A stretch of 64,000 nt of DNA, from NCBI GenBank assembly GCA_964409245.1, contig CAYPCQ010000038.1, positions 1,105 to 65,104 of the forward strand, read 5' to 3'. This DNA is from an uncultured Verrucomicrobiota bacterium. GTDB lineage: Bacteria > Verrucomicrobiota > Verrucomicrobiia > Limisphaerales > UBA1319. Numbering within the stretch: position 1 is the first letter of the stretch; every line of letters starts with the position of its first letter. The notes under the pieces were generated by a model. It made no database searches and was not told where the DNA came from. It saw only the letters and a program-made list of their open reading frames with translations. Shown here in pieces: positions 17,089 through 25,290 of the stretch. The position numbers were made by a program, and so were the translations under genes.

Positions 17089-18615
17089 CTACTCCCACAT
17101 CGATTTCATCTTCCATCCTTCGAGACCCGTCAACCCCGCTTCGCCGCCGTCACTGAACGCGAAGACTTCGATCCGGTCCGCCGGCGCGAAACACTTGTGT
17201 GTGACGGCCACGCCGTTGCAGTAAACTTCGAGCACGCCGCGGTCGATGAACACGCGCAGTTCAACCGGATCGCCCTTCTGCACGAAATGCGTGTTGGCGC
17301 GTCCTTCGACGCCGAATTGGCCGCCGGCGTCCGCCCAGACCCGCGTGCCGCTCCCCTGGCCGCCGGCCCGGACGATCAGGCCGCAGCGTTTGGCGGACTT
17401 CCGGTCGAATGACGCGATGATCTCCAGCGCGTCGCCCCGCAGTTCCGGCACCGGAATGGCTGCGCTAGCCGGAAGGTTCCGCCCGGCAAGCTTCCGGTGA
17501 TCGTAACGCAAGCACTGCAGCTCGGGAATCGGTTCCTGCCAGAGCCGCCCGTCCCGGATCGAAATCACGCGCGGGATCGCGTGGGCCTGCTCCCAGTATG
17601 GCACGTCCTTGACCTCGGGCGGCCGTCCGATGGTCGCCCAACCGTGCATGATGCGCCGCTGCGATCCGTTAATCCCTTTTTCGTCAACCAGGTGCGGATT
17701 GAACGAGTAATAGTCGCCCGCATCCACGGCGCGCATGGGTGTTTCCGGCGTGAACTCCATGGCCTTGGAATCGTAGCGGCCGATCCAATACGGATTGCCG
17801 GCGCCGACCATCAGGACATGGCGTGAGTTCAGCGGCACCAGATATGGCAATTCCCAATAATTGCCGTGCTTGATCGACGGCGCGATGTTCTTTTGCAGCG
17901 TCCAGTTTTCGAGGTCCTTCGACTTCCACAGCCAGGCGGCGCCCCGCTTCGGATCCTCCGTCGCGCCCCCGATAAGCTGGCACCAGGCATCGCCTTCCTT
18001 CCAGATCTGGGCGTCCCAGTGCACCGGCGAATTCTTGTTAGGCCGCTGGTCGTTGGGCATGACCATCCTCTTCTTGAACGTCACGCCGTCATCCTCACTC
18101 CAAGTCAGCATGCCGTAGGTTCCAATGGGTCCACCGACATTGCCCGTGTAGAGGCCGTAAATCTTTCCTTCATGGATGAACGTGTTTCCGGAGTAGACCC
18201 CGTTCCGATCATACGGCGTGTCCGGCCACACGGCTACCGGCCAATCTTTCCAGTGCACCAGGTCGCCGCTCACGGCGTGCCCCCAGCAGCGCTCGCTGCG
18301 GACCCACCCGCCCTTGCCGTCGGGGATCTGCGGATCGAACTGATAGAAAAGGTGATACTTTCCGTTGTGATAGATCGGCCCGTTGGGATCGTTGATCCAG
18401 CTCTCGACGCCGGTGAAGTGGTAGAGCGGGCGGCAGGGATCGTTCGTGATCGACCACTGGCGGCACGCCCGGGCCGCACGCGAGTAGGATTCGAGGTCGG
18501 TGCTCTTGACCACCGCGCGATAGCCGGCCACGGGTCCAGGCAGCTCGGCCGCGTGGACGAAGGGCGCCAGCGCTCCAATCAGCAGGGCGGCGATGAGTTT
18601 GGGTGTGTGTTTCAT
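17089..18615 (-). CDS. Secreted GH32 family glycosidase with atypical motifs
   Basis: WINDPNG, YHLFYQ, WGHAVSGDLVHW, GVYSG and a C-terminal beta-sandwich 'LRVFIDRGVLEVY'. Signal peptide from ATG 18615. Confidence 0.9.
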   Translation of the reverse strand: MKHTPKLIAALLIGALAPFVHAAELPGPVAGYRAVVKSTDLESYSRAARACRQWSITNDPCRPLYHFTGVESWINDPNGPIYHNGKYHLFYQFDPQIPDGKGGWVRSERCWGHAVSGDLVHWKDWPVAVWPDTPYDRNGVYSGNTFIHEGKIYGLYTGNVGGPIGTYGMLTWSEDDGVTFKKRMVMPNDQRPNKNSPVHWDAQIWKEGDAWCQLIGGATEDPKRGAAWLWKSKDLENWTLQKNIAPSIKHGNYWELPYLVPLNSRHVLMVGAGNPYWIGRYDSKAMEFTPETPMRAVDAGDYYSFNPHLVDEKGINGSQRRIMHGWATIGRPPEVKDVPYWEQAHAIPRVISIRDGRLWQEPIPELQCLRYDHRKLAGRNLPASAAIPVPELRGDALEIIASFDRKSAKRCGLIVRAGGQGSGTRVWADAGGQFGVEGRANTHFVQKGDPVELRVFIDRGVLEVYCNGVAVTHKCFAPADRIEVFAFSDGGEAGLTGLEGWKMKSMWE

Positions 18616-18743
18616 GGTTATAGAAGCGAAGTAGCGTGCATGAGGGCAACGGTTTGCAGAGAAGGAGATGGAAGTGTTGGTCCCGTCCGCCCAGGAATAG
18701 AAATTGTGAACCACGTTTCATATACGGTAGTTGCTGCCTGAGA

Positions 18744-21083
18744 TCATTGGCGCTTGGGCTTTGATGAGGCCGCATCGAGCAGGAGCTGGCGTGCCAAGTA
18801 AACCATTTCCGCCGCGGCCCACACATCGGCAGGATCGCCATGGCCGCGCGGCGATTGATGGTCAATCTCTTCATACCAGCAGACGGTTGAACTGGCCCGA
18901 TCCACCATCGCACGCAGAATGCGCCAGGCTTCACCGGTTTCCCCAAGCCGCAAATGCCAGAGCGCAATTTCCGCGCTCAAGTAGGGCCACACGCCGCCGG
19001 AGTAGCCGAGATTCAGGTGCAGCCCGCTGTAGAGATTCGTCTGAATGAACCGCAGCGTCTTGACGGCCGCCGGATCGCTGGCCGGGATGGCGTCGAAGGC
19101 GCTCACGCTCATCACCACGCCCCAGAGCGGGCGCGTGCGCTTGGCACCCGTCGCACCGGGGAAGGAGGGAAGCATCCGGCCGGGATCAGCCTGGGCGGCT
19201 TGGGCCCGGACCTTGTCAAAGGCGCGCTGGAAATCAAGCCAGCCGGTTTGCAATTCGCCGGCTTCGGGCAGGTTGAGTTTGCGCGCAGCTTCCGCGGCGA
19301 TCCGCACGCTGTTCAGCGCGCCGGCATTCTGCGACCAGTGATAGCCCACGTCCAGTCCGCCATCGCCGCCGATGGGCGGGAGCCAGCCTTCCACGTCGAT
19401 GGGGCCCTGTTTATGTGGGCCAGCATGGGTGCGCCGTGCGCTGAGCGTGGCCTGGGCGGCTTTGACAAGCACAGGCGCAATTTCGCGCAGCCAGGCTTCG
19501 TCGCGCCAAAGCTCGTAGTGATTCCACAAAGCGGTCGCCGCCAGGCCCTGAACGATCCACTGCTCGGCCCCGGGCTGGTTCAGCTGGCCCGTCTCCCACA
19601 TCTCGAAGATGCCGTCAGTCTTCAGGTGCGCCATCTGGTGCCGCAACAACTCCTCCGCCTCGCCCTTCAGCCCGACCGCATCGAGCGCCCGGCTGACCTG
19701 GAAGGTGTCGTAGGGGTTTGCGCCATAATAGTGCTCCAGGCCCTTGAGGATGCAGGCGTGGTCGGGACGTGCCTCAAGGAGCGTGAGCATCTGCCGGAGC
19801 GAGGCGTCGAACGCGTATTGCAGCTTCGGGTCGGGCAGCCGCACTTGGGCGGCCGGGGCAAGTTTCTCCCGCCAAACCTTCGCGGCGGCGGCGTGGGCTT
19901 CCGCCGGGGACGGTCCGTTACCAAGGAATTGGAGGTCGAAGCTGGCCGAAGCTCCCCCCGCCACCTTGACCGTGTGGCGCAACTGCGATCCGCCGCCCAG
20001 CGGGGGGCCAGGGATGCGTGGAGCAACAGTGGCGGCAGTGGTCGAGGACGCCGGGAACGCACGCAACAGTGGCTTGCCTTGGCTCACAAGACGCGGCCCG
20101 CCGGCAAGCTGCACCGCCCCGGCATTGCGCAACAGGCTCACCAATTCAAACTCGCCAGCGGCGGCAGTCTTGTTCGTCACGGTGATACGCACAAAGAAAC
20201 CCTGTTCCTCCGGCGCGGCGGCAAACACCGCTTGCTCGACTTCCACTTCCGGCCATTTCAAGCGGGTCAGCACGGTCGGCACCGGCGTATTCACGAGCGT
20301 CTGCTCCACGCTTTGCCACGGACCGTGGCCGGCGAGTTTCACGTGCAGGCTGGGGCCGGCGATGTTACCGCCGATGCCGCGCGGTTCCGGAGTCGAAAGC
20401 AGCGATTGCACCAGCCCGCTTCCGGCCACGAACGCCTTGCGCCGCGAATACGGCAACGCCACCGGCGTCTTGCACGGGAGTGGGAACAGGCCCCCCCCCA
20501 ACGGGGCAATGGCCTCGGGACCGGACGGCGGCTCCGCGGCGGTGCGGCTGGTTTCCAATGGCTCCGCGCTCAGATAGAAGCCATCGGAGTTGACATTGTT
20601 CGCGTCGGCAAGAGAGCGGAGTTCGAGCGTGTGCGTGCCCTTGGCAGCGGGAGGCAGTTGCACCGTGGCATACCGCCATCCTTCCGGCTTGAAGCCCCAA
20701 TCACCCGTGGAAGGAAGCTTGATGATGCGGGTAGTGTTCGTGTCGCCGTCCATGGTCACACTCACAGCGGAGCCGCCCGCCGTCTCGCGCGCATAGCGGA
20801 GCGTGACGTGCAGCGCGGGGAAGTCGGAGGCGAGTTCCAACCTGTAGCGGAGGAAGTGTCCTGCCTGCCCGCCCCAACCATTGTCCACACACGCGCCGCC
20901 GGAGGCCGTGGACATGTCGAACTTCACCGCCGCGGAGCCGCGCTGCGCTTCGTAGTTCTCCGCTTCGATCCAAGACCCAAAGCGAGAAGGCTCGCCGCCT
21001 GAGCCCAACTGTGACGTAACGCCCAGGACCAGCACGGCGGCGCTGGCCATGCGATGCAAACACATTCTCTTGCCGATGTTCAT
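18744..21083 (-). CDS. Secreted CBM35/CBM6-like + (alpha/alpha)6-barrel putative glycoside hydrolase
   Basis: N-terminal 'IEAENY...ASGG...TLRYA...LPSTGDW...GTHTLEL...NVNSD'. C-terminal 'ALWNHYELWRDEAWLRE', 'GVWPY', 'WYEE' and 'HG...WAAAE'. Confidence 0.7.
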   Translation of the reverse strand: MNIGKRMCLHRMASAAVLVLGVTSQLGSGGEPSRFGSWIEAENYEAQRGSAAVKFDMSTASGGACVDNGWGGQAGHFLRYRLELASDFPALHVTLRYARETAGGSAVSVTMDGDTNTTRIIKLPSTGDWGFKPEGWRYATVQLPPAAKGTHTLELRSLADANNVNSDGFYLSAEPLETSRTAAEPPSGPEAIAPLGGGLFPLPCKTPVALPYSRRKAFVAGSGLVQSLLSTPEPRGIGGNIAGPSLHVKLAGHGPWQSVEQTLVNTPVPTVLTRLKWPEVEVEQAVFAAAPEEQGFFVRITVTNKTAAAGEFELVSLLRNAGAVQLAGGPRLVSQGKPLLRAFPASSTTAATVAPRIPGPPLGGGSQLRHTVKVAGGASASFDLQFLGNGPSPAEAHAAAAKVWREKLAPAAQVRLPDPKLQYAFDASLRQMLTLLEARPDHACILKGLEHYYGANPYDTFQVSRALDAVGLKGEAEELLRHQMAHLKTDGIFEMWETGQLNQPGAEQWIVQGLAATALWNHYELWRDEAWLREIAPVLVKAAQATLSARRTHAGPHKQGPIDVEGWLPPIGGDGGLDVGYHWSQNAGALNSVRIAAEAARKLNLPEAGELQTGWLDFQRAFDKVRAQAAQADPGRMLPSFPGATGAKRTRPLWGVVMSVSAFDAIPASDPAAVKTLRFIQTNLYSGLHLNLGYSGGVWPYLSAEIALWHLRLGETGEAWRILRAMVDRASSTVCWYEEIDHQSPRGHGDPADVWAAAEMVYLARQLLLDAASSKPKRQ

Positions 21084-21125
21084 GATTGATTGAAAGGAAA
21101 TTGCTTTTCGGGAACCGGCTCCGCT

Positions 21126-22706
21126 TCACGGCAGCTTTGAGGCGCCAGTTCGGGGGCCCCAGTAGTGGACGTCCTGCAGTTCCGCCTGGCCACCGAAGCT
21201 TGCCAACGCCAAGCCTGCTGTCGGGAAGTTCAGACCCCGGCCGTTGATCACGTAATCATCATCAACATAAACCACGATGTGCTGATCGACGCAGACCACT
21301 CGAACAGTGTGAGTGCTCCCCGGCTTGAGCCGCCACGTTCGCGCCGCCACCCGCCGCTTCCCAGGCTGCTCTCCAACCACCCAATCGAAGCAGCCGTTCG
21401 TCGAATCCAGAAACAGCGTGCTGCGATCTCCTTGACCGGCCTTTTGGAAGGTAATGCCAGCGGCGGATGCTGTTCCCAATTTCAAATTGGCAGTGAGCAT
21501 GAAACTGGCCTCGCCAGCCGGGGGAAACCCGACCGTCGTCCGCTGATCGGCTCGCGCTTTGAGTTCTTGTTTCGGACCGAAAAGCTGCTCATTCTCCGGC
21601 CACCAGACATCCTGAACTCCACCACCCTCGCGCGGCTTCAGCTTCACGCCGAGGCTGAGCTTGTCCCCACAGGCAAAGGCGAGCCGCTCGCCCTCGAATT
21701 CCACCGACCGCATGCTGTAGTAGCTGTTGGCGTTGGCAACCCCGGCCATCAAGCAATTGTTTTTGACCAGCTTGAACGGCCCTTCCGGGGTATCCGCTTC
21801 AGCAACCAAGTGGCCCCAGCGCAGCAGCGGATCGCCGCCATGGCAGACGCCTTCCCGGGGGTAGCATGCCATCATCGTGAGATACACCTTGCCCCCCAGT
21901 TGAAAGACATCGGGCACTTCATGCAAACCCCAGAGGCCGCAATGGAATGCAGGCGGATGCACCTCCCAATGCACCAGATCCCTGGAGGTAACCCGGGCGA
22001 TGCAGGCCGAATCCTGCTGGTCCTTCCGGTCACGCAGGCGCGCCGTGATATAGCCGTGAAACAAGCCCGTTTTCGGGTCCTTGATGATGGCGATATCGCG
22101 CCAGTCCATCAGGGCCATCCTCCCCTCCACCCCGCCGCTCCAAGGATGCGTCTTCGCGTGATAGTCGTATGCCGGCGCCGGATCGTTCTCGGTGTCGTAC
22201 CAGCGCGCGTCGGGCCTGATGACCGGATTGTCGGGATGATGAGTGAAGGTCTTGCCGCCGTCGCTCGAGATGGACAAGCAGGTCCGGTTGCAGAAACGCT
22301 GATTGATCCCCTTGTTTCCCGTCCAAAACAGGAAGATTTTTCCCTCGTGCTGGACCGCGCAACCGGTCCAAACATCCTGCTCGCCATGGTAGTTGCGTTC
22401 CGCCGCCGTGAACGCCGAATGCGGCAGGATTGCCCGGTCCGGTTCCCAGTGAACACAGTCCTGGCTTGTGGCGTGCCAGACATCATTCAGGTGGAAAAGG
22501 TGGACCGTCCCGTTGACATTCGCCAGCCAGGGATCATGCACACGGACGCCGGCCGGCTGATAGAGGTGCGTTCCGCGAGGGGCAGTTTCCGGTTCCGCGC
22601 CGACATCGGCGACGGAGATGACTGCGGGCGCCGCGCATAGGCTGCCGGCAGATAGAATGGCGGCGAGGATGGACTTGATCATTGGGATTGGGAGCGGCTG
22701 CTTCAT
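21126..22706 (-). CDS. Secreted divergent GH32/clan GH-J five-bladed beta-propeller glycosidase with a C-terminal beta-sandwich
   Basis: VHDPW, HLFHL, HATSQDCVHW, WTGCAV, DWRD, SRDLVHWE, HEVPDVF. The start is uncertain (22730, 22706 or 22683). Confidence 0.75.
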   Translation of the reverse strand: MKQPLPIPMIKSILAAILSAGSLCAAPAVISVADVGAEPETAPRGTHLYQPAGVRVHDPWLANVNGTVHLFHLNDVWHATSQDCVHWEPDRAILPHSAFTAAERNYHGEQDVWTGCAVQHEGKIFLFWTGNKGINQRFCNRTCLSISSDGGKTFTHHPDNPVIRPDARWYDTENDPAPAYDYHAKTHPWSGGVEGRMALMDWRDIAIIKDPKTGLFHGYITARLRDRKDQQDSACIARVTSRDLVHWEVHPPAFHCGLWGLHEVPDVFQLGGKVYLTMMACYPREGVCHGGDPLLRWGHLVAEADTPEGPFKLVKNNCLMAGVANANSYYSMRSVEFEGERLAFACGDKLSLGVKLKPREGGGVQDVWWPENEQLFGPKQELKARADQRTTVGFPPAGEASFMLTANLKLGTASAAGITFQKAGQGDRSTLFLDSTNGCFDWVVGEQPGKRRVAARTWRLKPGSTHTVRVVCVDQHIVVYVDDDYVINGRGLNFPTAGLALASFGGQAELQDVHYWGPRTGASKLP

Positions 22707-22765
22707 ATGTATTCGTGGGGTTTGGTTCATCCCGTTGCTTCCTTCGTTAGTTTGCGAGATGAGTC

Positions 22766-24790
22766 TTACCGGGAACGTTCGGTTTTGATCGGTTTTGAAA
22801 TCAAGTTCATTTCGATCAACTGCAGCATCAGGTCCGCGACCAATTCGCTGGTGTACGGGCTGCCGCGCCACTCGAATCCCTGCCCGCGCTCCAACCATGG
22901 GTCGGCGATCGCTTCAGTCATTGCCCCTTGATACGGGCCGTCCGCGACCTGCACAAAAAAGTTCATCTGCATCACGCGGTTCCGGAGTTGTTCAAACAAC
23001 CGATTTCCGGTCTTCTTGAAGAGCCGGTCGAGGCACTGGATTTTTCGATTCCCATAACAATACACCGAATACTGGTTGAAATGCTGCTGTTCGCTGTGCG
23101 CGCCTTGCGTGGGCGATTTTACCCAGCTGAGTTGCTTCGGGCACCAATACAGCAATCCGTAATAGGCATTCGCCACCGCGCGATCCAGACATTCCTCCTG
23201 ACCCGTGCGGTCGTGCTTGTCCAACCAGTATTCCACAATGCCATAGATGCTGTCCTGTTCAAAATCGCCCGGCGGCAAATCCGGATGCGCCCCGGTGTAC
23301 CAGAACCGCCCTTCGACGTTGTTCCGCAGGAACCGTTCCTGATCCGCACTGGCCCGCAGGCAGCGGTCGTCGCCGGTGATCCTGCCGATGATCGGCAAGC
23401 CCACCAACGTGCGAGCGCACACCACGGATTCCGACTTCTTGCCGGAATCGATTTCCACCACCTGCGGAAAGCCGCCGTCCTGGTTCTGTTGGGCCAGAAG
23501 CCAATTCAGCGCGGCCATCGCAGCCCGGTACCAATCCTGCCGGTCCACACCCTCCTTGTCCTTCACCCGTTGCCACGTTTGCAGGATGTAGCGGACCATC
23601 CACGCGTTGAGGTCCACCTTGTAGCCACCGTGGTTCCAATCCCAACTGCAAAAGCCGTCGGCCACCGCGCCGTTGCCACGGTTTTCTTTTCGAAAATACC
23701 AACTGGTGTGGAACACGCCATTCGGTTGCTGGCCCTTGATCACAAAATCGATTTGTTCAAACGCCCGATCACGCCACAATTTTTCGCCGGTGATTTCGAA
23801 TAGACGGTATTCGTAATAGGCGATGTACGGATTGTTGCCGGCGTAAACAAACGGGGTCCCGCGGTGATGCTCGTACCCGATACCCGGTTTCCAGCTCGCC
23901 ATTTTCCGCCGGCCGTCCAAAGTCAGTTCGAATGCCTGCTGCGGCGAACGGACCTTCAATGAATCATCGACCCGGTAGTCGTTGACCTTGACCCACGATT
24001 GCATGATCCCGGTGATCGCGGCGGAAAATTCGCCGGCATCGTTCAGGATCAACTGCATGGGCAATTCATACTTTGTCCCGGCCAACAACTTGCCGCCGCC
24101 GGCACGGAACTGCGGGGCGGTCCGATGGTCGGCAAAACAGAATCCGGTCTTGCCGGACCATGTCGTGGGATTGAGGTAATCGGACCGGCTGTCGATGGCG
24201 AACAACACCACCAACGATTGGCCGGGCCGATAGACCAGCACTCCGGGCACGCCGCAATACCGCATCGGCATGATGTTTGCCTCTTCGCTGTTGCCCGCCC
24301 AAGGATAACTCTGCACGCGCCAATCGTGCGCCAGGCCATCCTGATAGGCCACACACAACTCCCATCCGTCGAGATCCTTGTCGACCGACCACTTGGGAGT
24401 GAACTCGGCAACCGCGAGATCGTCCCGCAGCGCCACGTCCGCCGACCAGGAAAGCATCACGCCATCGATCTCGTGCTGGCCGGAAAAACGCGCCGACAGC
24501 GCGCCGACCTTCTCTGCCCGTGCCGCCGGCAGCCAGCGGACCTCGCCGGTCTTCACGCTACGCACGGCTAACAGGCCGCGAGTCGCAGGCTGTTCCAGCG
24601 GCTTGCCGTGAAGCGCCATGGTCCCCAAGGACCAGCCATCCGCCGTCTTCGCCAACTCCCACTTCACGCCGGCGCGGCTTTCGATTACGATCTTTTCGTC
24701 GGCGCCCGCATGTGCCGCAAACGGACTGCAAACCGCAAGCACAGCCAAGGCGGCTGACCAAATGAAATTGAAAGGAAATTGCTTTTTCAT
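22766..24790 (-). CDS. Secreted uncharacterised protein with a C-terminal (alpha/alpha)-barrel, putative carbohydrate-active enzyme
   Basis: Signal peptide ending AHA-G. Helical hairpin repeats 'LFEITGEKLWRDRA', 'WLLAQQNQDGGFP', 'RITGDDRCLRAS' and 'LFKKTGNRLFEQ'. Confidence 0.65.
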   Translation of the reverse strand: MKKQFPFNFIWSAALAVLAVCSPFAAHAGADEKIVIESRAGVKWELAKTADGWSLGTMALHGKPLEQPATRGLLAVRSVKTGEVRWLPAARAEKVGALSARFSGQHEIDGVMLSWSADVALRDDLAVAEFTPKWSVDKDLDGWELCVAYQDGLAHDWRVQSYPWAGNSEEANIMPMRYCGVPGVLVYRPGQSLVVLFAIDSRSDYLNPTTWSGKTGFCFADHRTAPQFRAGGGKLLAGTKYELPMQLILNDAGEFSAAITGIMQSWVKVNDYRVDDSLKVRSPQQAFELTLDGRRKMASWKPGIGYEHHRGTPFVYAGNNPYIAYYEYRLFEITGEKLWRDRAFEQIDFVIKGQQPNGVFHTSWYFRKENRGNGAVADGFCSWDWNHGGYKVDLNAWMVRYILQTWQRVKDKEGVDRQDWYRAAMAALNWLLAQQNQDGGFPQVVEIDSGKKSESVVCARTLVGLPIIGRITGDDRCLRASADQERFLRNNVEGRFWYTGAHPDLPPGDFEQDSIYGIVEYWLDKHDRTGQEECLDRAVANAYYGLLYWCPKQLSWVKSPTQGAHSEQQHFNQYSVYCYGNRKIQCLDRLFKKTGNRLFEQLRNRVMQMNFFVQVADGPYQGAMTEAIADPWLERGQGFEWRGSPYTSELVADLMLQLIEMNLISKPIKTERSR

Positions 24791-24935
24791 GGTGAAAGGA
24801 AATTGTTTTCCGTGTGAAGGCCGTTGCCAGAGCCAGTGACCGAACCGGCGGGCGGGGAAAATGAAGTTGCTTGCTTTTGTGTTCATGGTGGGTGGTGCTA
24901 TCAGTTATTAATTGTCAGTTGTGGGAATCATCTGG

Positions 24936-24984
24936 CGGATTTCGGGTTTGAGATGTCAGATTTATGATTTTGGATTTCGGATTT
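24936..24984. repeat. Degenerate 7-bp tandem repeat, consensus NNGATTT, 7 units
   Basis: CGGATTT CGGGTTT GAGATGT CAGATTT ATGATTT TGGATTT CGGATTT. Confidence 0.8.
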
Positions 24985-24999
24985 GGGTCCCGTGGTGCC

Positions 25000-25160
25000 G
25001 TCAGTGCGCAAGCACAGGCGGCGGAGTCGGTCGAGGATTTCGCAGCCCAGTGGGTCGTTACCCACACGCGGCACATCCAGCGCTTCCGCGCCAAGAGCGT
25101 GAGCGTGATAGGCGAAGTTCGCCGGGGCCGATGCAACAGAGTCTTCCTGAAGCACTCATG
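25000..25160 (-). pseudogene. PfkB-family carbohydrate kinase (fructokinase-like) fragment
   Basis: 'SAPANFAYHAHALGAEALDVPRVGNDPLGCEILDRL' matches PfkB signature 1 (GGAPANxA...LG...SxVGxDxLG). Confidence 0.8.
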
Positions 25161-25166
25161 GAATGA

Positions 25167-25259
25167 TCATTCGATGCCGAGCCGCTTCTGCATTTGCTCC
25201 AGCGGCACGCCCTTGGTTCCAGGCGCCATCGTCTTCACCCAGAAGATGCGGGCTTTCAT
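25167..25259 (-). pseudogene. Sugar-porter MFS transporter, C-terminal stump
   Basis: 'FWVKTMAPGTKGVPLEQMQKRLGIE*' is a degenerate PETKG-x-LE motif. Confidence 0.6.
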
Positions 25260-25290
25260 CGGGGATCTTCTTTGAAATCGTCGTCCTGCT

